Positions 49,845-64,000 of a stretch of DNA of 64,000 bases are shown here, one piece after another. The translations under genes were made by a program, and so were the position numbers. The stretch's first letter is position 1, and each line of letters starts with the position of its first letter. Below the pieces are notes generated by a model, which saw nothing but the letters and a program-made list of their open reading frames with translations, had not been told where the DNA came from and ran no database searches. The DNA is from Cirrosporium novae-zelandiae (Eukaryota): contig JAPETS010000002.1 of NCBI GenBank assembly GCA_026023565.1, forward strand, positions 62,001-126,000. Reading direction: 5' to 3'.

Positions 49845-50629
49845 GTCACTTTAGAAATTCAATATCAGAAAGGTTGCCAGTGTGAAATGCCAGATACCAA
49901 GTAGGTTTTTTAGGCGAGGTTAAGCCATTAAATCTAGATCCGCAGTCCAAGGCAGTAGGAAGAAGATCTTAGGTAGTTACTAGATACAAGGAGTTTCGAA
50001 AAGATAGAGCTGGACTCTACACTTCACGGTACCTCTAGTTATTTGGCTCATCCTGACGGATCTGGATTTATGAGCTTCATCTAAATTCAAGGCATGGTTT
50101 TAGAACCATCGAATAAGTATAGTAACTAGGATTTTTGTAACCTTTGCTGATTCCCAAAATCTCAAGTAAGTCGGAACGACTCTTCGAAATCAGGCGCCCA
50201 GCCATGGATAATATTACTCTTCGCTTCACGTATGGACAGACTCGATATTATAAATAATCAAGGTTGTCGAATATAATATGAATTATTTGCGAGCGTGGTA
50301 GAAAAAAATTCAAAAGAAGAAGGAAAATTCAAAGTGGGTGAGGAATAAATAGAGTAGTGGGCTTCGGGCACTAAGCCAAATATGGATTAGAAGAAGGACA
50401 CATTTATCGATTCCAAGTTCATCGCAACTTAATGCCAGGGTATACCTTTGTAAATGGAAGTGACAGGTTGACAGTAACCCACCTTCCTCGGTACTCTTGA
50501 GGAGCCCGAATCTTGATTCATTCTCATTCATTACCCCCCTCTTCATTCTTGCTTTTTATCTTGCATAAAATCACTGCACTCGAGTGCCCTCAATTGCTCA
50601 AGAGCCCCCCACAAACCACCTTAACCATC

Positions 50630-53162
<2,533 letters not shown>

Positions 53163-53380
53163 CGATATGGCGGCCTTTTGCTTTCGGTTTCTGGTCTTTC
53201 AAGGGTTACTGTAGAACTGGTAGCTAACGAGTCGGTATTACCTAGAGCTATAGGAATTGTTTTTAAACTTAACATCAAATATTGGAACTGTACGAGTAGA
53301 GTGTAATTAATAAAGATCAAGTGTTTGGACTATCCCGGGGATCAAAGTCTTGATAGAGTTACTTAATTAGAGTTTCAGGG

Positions 53381-53388
53381 TTAGGGCT
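53381..53388 (+). promoter_or_regulatory. TTAGGGCT telobox/Tbf1-type motif (within CAGGGTTAGGGCT) upstream of RPL12
   Basis: Motif lies about 230 bp upstream of the ATG. Tbf1-type TTAGGG elements are known in fungal ribosomal-protein promoters. Confidence 0.5.
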
Positions 53389-53611
53389 CTACTACACCAA
53401 TACGAGGCATTTCAACCCACGCTAGATTTCGGGCGAGCTTAATAAAAGTTCAGCAATAAAATTCTTCTTGTTTTTCTCATCTTCATCCCTGAACACCACC
53501 AAGAGAGATTGACTATCTCCGCAGTTGCCAGCCTGCGTGAGTTATCGTCCTCCTGCGTTTGACTGGCTTTGCGTGTGCTGACATTTCGTGTTTAGCAGCA
53601 CAGTTTTCAAA

Positions 53612-54561
53612 ATGCGTAAGTTATTATCCTCTGCTTTGAACGACTGTGAAGTGATAACTTCAAGATATTTTACCACAAGAAGATCACTAATTTATTATAA
53701 CTTACAGCTCCAAAATTCGATCCTAATGAGGTGTAAGTACTCTTTACACCCGTTTTAGAGTTTGTGTTAGACCATAGTCCTAACTATCAGACAGAAAGGT
53801 CATCCACCTGAGAGCCACAGGTGGTGAAGTTGGAGGTAATTTCTAATCTTCCCTAATGTCGTTCCCGCCTTTCCCACACATCTCTATACCTTTGATGTTG
53901 TCATTGTCATCATCGTTGTCGTCCTTAGTGGCTACTCACGGATCAATTAAGTTCTAACAATTGGATAGCTTCATCGGCTCTTGCCCCCAAGATTGTGAGA
54001 AGATAAAACCAAGCTCAAAATAGTCAACCACTAATATCTCTTTAGGGTCCTCTTGGTCTCTCACCAAAGAAAGTTGGTGAAGACATTGCGAAAGCGACCG
54101 GCGACTGGGTAGGGATATCTTGGCTAGCCATTCTGGCGAATATTTGCTGATCAAGTTTGCTTTCTAGAAAGGTCTTCGTGTCACTGTCAAGTTGACCATT
54201 CAAAATCGACAAGCGAAGGTTTCAGTTGTTCCATCCGCCTCTTCTTTGGTTATCAAGGCGTTGAAGGAGCCACCTAGGGATCGCAAGAAGGAAAAGAACA
54301 TCAAGCACACGAAGTCGATCCCTCTCGATGAGATTATTGATATCGCTAGGCAGATGCGATTCAAATCGCTTGCCAAAGACTTAAAGGGAACTGTTAAGGA
54401 AATTTTGGGAACTGCGTTTAGCGTCGGATGCCAAGTTGATGGACGGTCACCAAAGGACATTAGCGATGACATTGAAGCTGGTGAAATTGAGAGTATGTTT
54501 ATCCGTTCAAGTATGGCCTTGGAGTTTGGTGCTAACCCTGCCTACAGTCCCAGAAGAGTAA
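53612..54561 (+). CDS. RPL12: 60S ribosomal protein L12 (uL11); exons 53612-53615, 53708-53732, 53795-53835, 53969-53994, 54046-54108, 54168-54492, 54548-54561
   Basis: Spliced product [69 protein letters not shown]...EIEIPEE*. Confidence 0.97.
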
Positions 54562-56308
54562 ACCTGGTCTCGCGATGCTTTCTAATGTACTATGTAGCCA
54601 TGAGCATGAAATGCGATAATGGACTATGAATTCAATAAAAAGATGATATTTGATGACATGTTCCAGCCCCCCCCCCTAATAATTATCGCTCAAATCGCTA
54701 TAGAGCTATTACTTACGACACTTTGCCAACACTCTGGCCCTTACCTTCCCTTCCTTCTAGGATTGGTGTCCTGTGGTTTGGGCCTATTTTGGTGCAAAGA
54801 AGATTCGAACCTAGACCGGATACTCACCCCGGCGTTCTGTTCTCTTAGATCTTCTAGAGAGTATGAATGTGGGGGTCCATCTTTTTGTGGCCTACATGAT
54901 TATCATCTTTAGAGAAGGATTGTGTGTGTACCTGTTGTACATGTACCTAGGTATCCAAGCGTAGTCAAATGGTACTTTTATTATTATTATTATCATTGTT
55001 GTTGTTGTTGTTGAAGTTATTATTAAATGCAGGATGAGAGCTTTTCCATGATGAGAATTATGTGCATGGTGCATATCCCTAGACATCGTAAACATCCTAG
55101 CCATCTTACACATCATCTTACAGTCGACGCATGTTAAGACATGGCGTTGGGTTCCTTGAATTGATGTTGGGTAGTGCGGGCTGAGTGGGCTGCAAAGTTG
55201 GCTGGGTCCGGGGCTTCTTTGGCTTCTTTGGCTTTCTTGGGTTGAGTTTACGGCAGTCACGGACAGGTTGATGGGTGACGGGCGCAGGCAGTGGAAACGG
55301 GCCTCGCGGATGGGTGACTAGTGATGCATAGTGTGCGCTCGAGCAGAAACGCCAAAGTGAGAAAAGCCAGAAAAAGCCCAAAGGTGTCAAAGTGTACCCA
55401 GGCGCTCAACTAATACCAACTAAACCCCGACCCAGTACCCATCGCCAATCCCATCATTCCATCCAAATAGACATCTAAAGACTCACACAAAACTCACAGA
55501 AACTCTCTTTTTCTCATCTTCATCTCATCCCCCATCCCTCTATTATTCCTTTACTACTATCATTTCCCTTTCTCCAACCCCCCCACCCCTTTTTTACTTT
55601 TTTATCGCAATCAGTGTTTCGAGTGTCCCCCTGGACACCGCAACCAACTGAGTTTATACCAAAATCGGTTGAATTAAAACCGTCATCTCTACCCGCTCCT
55701 AATAGTACTTCTCGACCTGGAAGTACAATACTTGGTCCTCGCAATCCCGCGGCTGAGAAAAAAAAAAGCCCTTGCTTACTGTTACGTGCCACGAAGCTGA
55801 GCTGCGCATTTCTGTCAACGTCCATTGCAGCCTTATTCATAAGCGATAGCCCCGGTAGATGTTCTTGTTTGGCCAGCTTGTCGGCTAGGTCAAAGAAAAG
55901 GCATTTACTCGGTCGACAGCGGCTATGATCCATCTCTCTTTATGTGCGAGTACGCCGACGCTTCCTGACCAATTTACTCGGTCCTGTCCATCGATCCCTA
56001 TTCTCATCACTTTCCTTTGCTGAATTGCGCTTGGCGGTGCTCTTAGCAGCTCGTCCGTTTTGCTCTCCAAGTATATATTGAGCTTAAAACAAGCGCAAGG
56101 TCATTTTCACCTTCTCTGATTAGACTGGAGATGGACAGGATGCCGAGACTACGCAAAGGAATTGGAACAAATCTGATCTGTTGAGCTGGTCTCTGCAAGA
56201 CCTTCCATCACTGCAATTCTTTCACATCACCACATTTAACACGTTTCGAGGAACTTCAAGTTGACGATAAACTCCATTTTAAATAGTTGATGAAGATTCG
56301 ATACCACC

Positions 56309-59300
56309 ATGTTCTCCGACGTTGCCCAACTAAGGGCTTATAACCTACAACCCTTCGGCCACCCCTCAGACTCAAGCTCTTACTATCTCCCGACATTTGG
56401 CCAAACAAACCTTCCGCATAGACATTCGTCGCATCAGACTTCGTCTTGGGCCCAAAATACGGCCCGGCTAAACCGCATCCCACAATCATCAAATACTTTC
56501 CTACAAGATAGAACTGCTAATCCTACGAACCATGCAGGTTTAACAATCCTGGATAATTCCGAACACATGCTGAGAAGAAAAACACCTAGTGGAACTTTGT
56601 CGGCGGGTTACGATGGTACATTAGTTGACCTTGGTCCAGAGCTACCAGCAGCAAAACAGCTGGTCCTCTCAAGATCTGAGTCGAACAAAGTCCTTTATCC
56701 ACAATCGAATATTACGAGGGAAAAGACGCAATATCCACTTCGATTACATTCATCTTCGCGGTTGCAATATTCACAAACTCCATCGATTAGCCAACTGGAT
56801 TCCCAATATAATGGATCGCAGCAAGGTCGAGTACATGTCCAAAATATGAGAGAGACGACTCACGGTTTGCCATGGGCAAATTACCCCCTCGGGGTGGATT
56901 CAACGATCCATCAGGTGCCCTCAGAGTTAGACTTTTCAAGTAACCGCGTACAGAACAATTATAATATTCCGTCCGTCTTACAACCGCCTTATCAACCTCG
57001 TTCAGGTCCAACTGCATCTAATGAACCAGGGCCCTATGGTCCGTACTGGCCTGATGGCGCCTTTATTCCGTATCGTCCTGCGGCTCTTAGAGACCCTAGA
57101 TACCATCAGCAGGCTGCCAACAGCTATACTCAGCCATGGAAAAACCAAAGCGCAATGAACCCTAGTTTACAGCCAACGTTGCATTCTTCTTTGGCGTCAA
57201 TTGACGGAACTCCTGGTTACTCTCATTCAAGCGTACTACCTCTCCCTTTAACTCAGTTTGGCCAAAGCCATCTCGTACAAGGTTCCAACCAATATCAATT
57301 ACCGGCGTTCAATAATCATGGAAATGCTGATATGAGTGGCTTTTGGCAATTTGACTATGCATCACAATTACTGTTTAAAGATCAATACGCGGATTCTACA
57401 TCATCAAGAAATAAATATTTACCGGTGGAACGAGACAATTTAACTTTACAAAACCATACCCAGCTCGCACCGGAATCGGACGAGCAAATGTGGTCAGGAA
57501 ATGCTGACTTCAAGGACAAGGTACTCTCTTGGGCCCATGCCATATATGTTGATTTGCTTGCCTTTATACACCATTCGAGGAAGAACACGTCACGTCATAA
57601 TTTTGGGCAAGGTCATAGGCAGCGGCCTTCAAAGACTGGAATCTATCCGAGACCGCCACGCCAACCAGTTTTAGATTTCTCGAGTGATCAAAGCTATTCT
57701 AGCTATCGCTCTCCTAGTAGGGTGGACAAACACTTTTCTGGCCAGGAACAATTGCTTATCCAAGACCAAAGCCGTCTTTTGCAAGGTCAGAATCTCAAGC
57801 CCCAAAGTCCAAAATATGCTAGGAACTTTGGCCTCAATGAGCATTCCACCCCGGTGCTACCATCTCAATCCTCACGACAGCCTGAGTCACTCTCAAGTAG
57901 CGCCATGACTGCTCTAAAGATGCTATCCAGTCTTTGTGAAGAAGGCTCCTGGGAATGGATCGACGGCATGCTCTTGGGCGGCTGTCTTGCTTATGGTCTT
58001 GGTGACTATGAAAGTGCAATGTCCTGGTACCTCAAGATATTGGCCAAAGATCAATCGTATGTTCTATTCCTTTGTCTTCATTAACCGATACGCTAATTCC
58101 GCACCAGAAATGTTGAGGCTATGTCGAATCTTGCTGCCACTCTTCTATCCCTAAATCGTCGGCAAGAAGCAGAGCACTATTGGCTTGTGTCTGTGAAACT
58201 AAGGCCAAGCTATTTTGAGGCTGTCGAACATCTTATAGGCCTTCTTTGTGCCGACCACAGGGGAAAAGAAGCCGTTGAAATTATCGAACAGGTGGAAAAA
58301 TCCCTGCGTCTTAAAGGCTCAGATGAATCAGCCGGATGTCACGATTTGAGTGACGAGATTCCTAGCCAGGCTAGCCTTTCTTCAAATGCAACCTTAGAGT
58401 CCTTTGACCATGCTATCTTTGACTATACCGATAATGACAACGACAACCTCTTCTTCCCCGGTGGTGCTTCGATAGAAGCCAAAAGACAACCCGGCTTTGG
58501 TACAAGCGGTTACGCTATTCCGGGCTCAGACAATGGCAGAATGTTGGCATTGGTCCACGCAAAAGGCAACATGCTCTATGCCCTTGGTAACAATGCGGGG
58601 GCTGCTGCTGCTTTTGAAGAAGCTGTGCTCATTGCAGCAGGCAAGAGACATGGAAAAATTCGTGGGCTGATCAAACGAATATTACACGTTTTCTCGGTTC
58701 AAATCAAGTGTAAAGACCCTTGGAATGAAGGTAGCACTACGAAAAATGACCCGGTTCTCCTTCTGCCTGAGAAAGCACTTCAAACAGCTAAACTGGTTTT
58801 CCCTAATCGAGGCGAACTTTCAGGGTTATCTTTTGTACCTAGCGGTCTTTCGAAGAAAGCTGCGATCTCCACGACAAGCAACGCTCTTCTTTCACTAGCG
58901 AAGATATATCAAGATGGAATAGCCTCAGGTAACCCATCAACATCAAGGATTACCCCAGGTGTTCGAGATATCTTAGCGCTTTACTATCTCTCTCTCTCTC
59001 TCCAACCTAGCCCCTCTACCGCAAATAATGTGGGCATTCTTCTCGCTAGCATACAGCAAACAGCACCATCTCAAACCTCTTTGTCAACCGAAGGATCTCG
59101 AATCCCAGATATACCAGGGGTAGTCCCGGGTAGCGGGATTGCTCTTGCGCTAGCTTATTACAATTATGGTTTAAATCTGGATAATCGGCATGCGCATTTG
59201 TACACCAATCTCGGCAGTCTTCTCAAGGATATCGGTCAGCTAGCGGCTGCGATCAAGATGTATGAGCAAGCCGTTTCTTGTGATGGGAATTTTGACATAG

Positions 59301-61418
59301 CTCTGGCCAATCTTGCAAATGCCGTGAAGGATCAAGGCCGCATCAACGATGCAATTACATATTATAAACGAGCGGTCACTGTCAGTCCGGATTTTTCTGA
59401 AGCAGTGTGCGGTCTTGCTAATGTTTTGAACTCTGTTTGCGATTGGACTGGCCGAGGTGGTATAAAGTACAGCGACGAATCCCGCGATCGATGGCATGTG
59501 GATGAAAAAGGAATGATTTTCGATTCTAGGACCCCAGGAACTGGAAATTCGGGCCTTATGCAACGGGTGTTCCGCATTGTTGAAAGACAGCTAAAAGAAG
59601 GCGAAGACTGGGGTCGAGGTATCCTGACCAACGACGTTATTGACATGTTAATGCGTCTGATAGTTGGTTCAAATAGACAGCACCTACCTCCCGAGACACA
59701 TCGGCAGGCATTGAGGACGGCCTTAGAGAAATTGGCCGGGCGAAAATGGGAAGGAGCCAACGTTGTGAAGCTAGTCGAGCGAGCCATTCGGAAAATCGGG
59801 TGGCAGTGGTACCAGGACAAATATGTTCATGGCCATGATTATCCTCCTGAGCACTACACCAGACCACAATTGCCGGTCGCTTTGTCGTGCCCGTCCATTC
59901 CCACTGTTCTACCGTTCCATACCTTCACGTTTCCATTTTCCGCTCGCCAAATCCGACAAATCTCTCAAAGAAATGGTCTTCGCATTTCATCCTCCACTCT
60001 GCGATCGCCGTGGCTTCCACCAACCGTCTTCAAGCCCCCTAAGCCTCCTGCACCGCATTTAAACGTCGGTTATGTCTCATCCGATTTCAATAATCATCCC
60101 CTGGCGCATTTAATGCAATCCGTCTTTGGCTTTCACAACTCTCAACGGGTCAAAGCCTTTTGCTATGCTACAACAGCAAGTGATCACTCTATGCACCGTC
60201 GACAAATCGAAGCCGAGGCTCCTGTATTTTACGATGCGCATAGCTGGTCAACCGAACGACTCGTTAAGCAAATCGTTAATGATGGTATCCATATCTTGGT
60301 AAACCTTAATGGGTACACAAGGGGCGCCAAAAATGAAGTGTTTGCCGCTCGTCCAGCTCCTATTCAGATGTCGTTCATGGGATTTGCTGGCACACTTGGT
60401 GCTGAATGGTGTGACTATTTATTGGCAGACGAAACCGCCATACCACCTCAAACCCTAAGACCATATAGAAAGAACGTGGATATCCGGGATGATTTGATGG
60501 ATCAGAGCTATGTTGATGATCAAAGTGATTGGTTGTATACAGAGAACATTGTCTACACTCGTGACACATTTTTCTGCTGTGATCATCGGCAGAGCGCACC
60601 AGATTCTCAGGGAAAACAATTTTCTTGGGAAGAAGAGCAGACCCGACGGTGGCAGATGCGCAAAGAAATATTTCCCAAACTACCGGATGATGCCATTATT
60701 TTTGGCAATTTCAACCAATTGTACAAGGTTAGTACTAACTAATGTTCCACACGGAATTCCAACGCTAATCTTTATCAACTAGATCGAACCTACAACATTT
60801 CGAACTTGGCTTCGAATTCTCGATCGCGTACCCAACGCAATTCTCTGGCTCCTCCGATTTCCCGACCTAGGTGAAGCCAACCTCAAACGAACTGCAGTCC
60901 AATGGGCGGGCCAACAGGTTGCCTCTCGCATAATCTTCACCGACGTGGCACCCAAACAGCAGCATATCTCCCGTGCTCGAGTTTGCGACTTGTTCCTAGA
61001 CACGCCAGAGTGCAATGCTCATACCACAGCTGCAGATATTTTGTGGTCTGGGACGCCGCTCCTAACCCTCCCTCGGTACAAGTACAAAATGTGCTCTCGA
61101 ATGGCGGCTTCAATCCTCAAGGGTGCATTGCCAAAGACGCCTGAAGGGAATGAAGCGGCACATGATCTCATTGCTTGTAGTGAAGAGGAGTACGAGGAAC
61201 GCGCCGTACGCTTAGGTAACGGGTTATCCTACCCCACCAATGCGAATCATCATGGACGTGGATGTGGCAGGTTGATGGAGCTGCGACGAATTCTATACCA
61301 AGGCCGTTGGACCAGTGGTCTATTTGATACCCGACGTTGGGTGCGTGACCTTGAGGACGCATACAAAGAAGCATGGCGTAGATGGGAGAAAGGTGAAGGT
61401 GGTGACATATGGTTGTAA
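56309..61418 (+). CDS. OGT: O-GlcNAc transferase-like GT41 enzyme (TPR repeats plus catalytic lobes); introns 58057-58107 and 60728-60782
   Basis: TPRs (NLAATLL, YTNLGSLLKD, ANLANAVKD) and motifs GYVSSDFNNHPLAHLM, LVNLNGYTRGA, RPAPIQ, FGNFNQLYK|I and DLFLDTPECNAHTTAADILWSGTP. Confidence 0.93.
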
Positions 61419-64000
61419 GAAGCATATCTATATGCTGTGTTTCAACATACGATGCAGCAATGGGAGGTATTCTGGAAGTAAATCCTCTGCAATTATTTAT
61501 ATTTGAAAGAATCCCGAACTACACGGTTGCATCTGCAATGGGACTGACGGCGATAAACGCATGAACGGAAATTATAAAACAAAGCAACAATTATGAAGGG
61601 AGCAAATGGTGTATTATGTACCTGATATTTGATAGGGACCGTCATTGGGGCTTTCCCTGGATGCGAGCTTGGTCGGAAAAGAGATACCAACTGGGTAAAG
61701 CAATTGTTGCGATGGCAAGGATGGGGGAACTGGGTTTCATTTACTTACTTTCCTCCTTCTTTTCTTGATTCTATTTTATTGAGAAGTGGTTTCTTTGTTC
61801 ACGACGACCGCACTGGAACATACAGTACTGTGGCGGTGCCGTGGAAGGAGGAGAGGAAAGGAGTTACATTTTGCCGGCGTCAATCGGAATGGATTACTTA
61901 CTCCTTTTTCCTAACATTTTAACAGATTCTTTTTGCACCAACTTCTACTTTTCATGGCACGTCTTTTTGGATTCTTTGGTTACGATATTAAAACGTCTCT
62001 CCATAGTTCCTTGATCGCGCACGTGGATGATAATAAACGAGCCTATCGCATCCGCCCGCCGATGAAATCATAGATCTCTCGAGTCTTCTACTCCGTCGAG
62101 ACGAAATGGAGCCTTATATACCCAGGCTATCACCTAGGGTTTTCTGATCGCCTTTACACCCAACTTCTCTTTTATGTTATCCCCTTGTAAACAATCCTAT
62201 TTCGATAAGCGGAAGTTTCGAACACACCTGATTTACACACGCGGACCTGCCCCCGATCCTCCTATAGTCCTCTAACATATAGCATGTCCTGTATAACGTA
62301 CCGATTCCCGAGACTCCTCCCCCGGCACTCTATTCAGAGATGATTGTGCCTGCAAATGGGTCACTTCAGAACTTAAGTTGAATGGCAGAACCAGGTAAAA
62401 TGAAGACGAGTAAATTAGCAAGTAAGTTCATTAACAGTGGTCAACTGCACAGTATCCACTCCGCAGAGCAGCCCCAGAACTTCCATCATATCCAGATTTT
62501 CACTTTGCGTTCTTAGTAGATTCTTTGACACAAACGAATGGACTATCAGAATCCAACAGACAAAAATATAACCGTTAGCATAAGATAGGATGAAAATGGG
62601 ATAGAATGAACGATGCGCTTTGACTGGAAATGTATGGCGAAGCAGATGCATTGGGAACTATGACAGGCGCTTCATAAAGATGAGGTGATATATAACAGCT
62701 ACATGATGAAACTCTTCTATCCTCTCCTTTCATCCGACGATTCTATTTATCTACGCCCCCAAACAAATACCTTCAAGGCTACCGAATATTCCTACCTTTC
62801 TCTTAGGTCCCCTCTTGGCCTCGGGTATCTGGACCTCATGTTAGATTCACCTATCCTTCTCGTACCACCCATCCTTCGCTACGATATCCAAAATGTTCGT
62901 CGAGGCGCAACTACTTATCCATGGAACACAACACTATACTTAGAAGTTCCGTTCAAGCCTTGGAAGGCCCCACCCACTAGCTCAGTTGTGTTCCCGTTAC
63001 AATTAATGCAACACACTGGTGACACATTTACTACTTCGTCACTATCTATCATCATTGTTATTATTCTCACTGCCATCTCGCCACGCTACGGCACCACACT
63101 TGCACCTCCTTAAGGATTTTTTTCCCAATGTATGGGCCCACCCGCACTCATGCCTGCACCCGTATCCCGTATTCTATCTACCGTGATAATATACCGGAAG
63201 TCATGACCCTCTGATTTTTAGACTAGGGCATCCTCGAGCTTCCGAAGGTGGGGGCATTAACGGTTTGAAATGTATTATCATTATTGTTTTTGTTGTTGTT
63301 ATTGCTATTTTTGTTATTATGTGTACTGTACAAATGGGAAGGAATAAAGAGGGAAGAGGGAGGTTAATAGATTATACGGAGGGATTTACTTCATTTTTTT
63401 TTTCAAGATGATAAATAGGTGAGTTATTAGGATTGCTTTTTGTTTCTTAAATGAGGTGGACTTGTTTCGTTGATTGTACCGTACATGTACATAGTAATAA
63501 CGAAGTACGATACATATACACATATACAGACACAATCATGTATGTAAATGAGTGAATAAATAAATAAATAAATAGGCGAACGAAGAAAAAGAGAAAAAAT
63601 GAAAGATATGTGCGCATCGTCAATCACCGTTTCGCTTGATTTTTCTCTCGTACTGTACTGTACCTATAATTACATCTACATATACATGATGCAAAAACGG
63701 AACAGGCATTATCCCAATCCAATCCACCAAAATCCGCTCACAATCCATACGGTTCCCTAGTCTGATTCTAGGGATTTCTTTTCTTTTTTTTTTTCCCGTC
63801 CATTTTTTTAAAAACAAAATAAATATGGGTGGGGATGGGAATGCAAGTGAGAGTGCAGGTAGTAAATGGTAAACGGCAAACCGATAATCTGATAAGTTGG
63901 TTTAAATGTTTAAATTTCATTTATACCATTCAGCTAAGCTACATATCCCTACAGGTCTAGATTCGAGAGAGAAAGGTCAGTCCTAAAAATGGGTATCCAA

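Noticed and set aside
62200..63113. Coding-like stretch and 142-aa GTG ORF
   Set aside because: No recognisable domain or coherent exon structure; may be degenerate sequence.

Overview
Eukaryotic genomic DNA from a filamentous ascomycete (Pezizomycotina, probably Eurotiomycetes-like; taxon inferred from short GT-AG introns with CTRAC/CTAAT branch points and from gene content). About 18 protein-coding genes are supported, most of them with introns. In order: the 3' part of an Rdx (SelT/SelW-like) gene missed by the ORF track, a compact class I cAMP phosphodiesterase, Yta7/ATAD2, a 6PGD-like/DUF1932 dehydrogenase, an orphan ORF, a lactose/cellodextrin-type MFS transporter, Tho1, a 1533-aa methyltransferase-like protein, a GtaA-family protein, an aldo-keto reductase, a minimal PIP5K-like kinase, a GH43 hydrolase, Pop7/Rpp20, Vts1, Tfc4, Sec23, Rpl12 and an OGT-type GT41 enzyme. 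Intergenic DNA is rich in microsatellites and short tandem repeats. I found no rRNA, tRNA, CRISPR array or recognisable transposon. The oddities concentrate at 30.7-38.5 kb: an intact AKR with one in-frame TAG after its first AUG, a PIP5K-like gene whose obligatory intron ends in AT rather than AG, and a GtaA gene with a candidate upstream exon that would give a membrane-anchored isoform. All exon models and family calls were made by eye without database searches.
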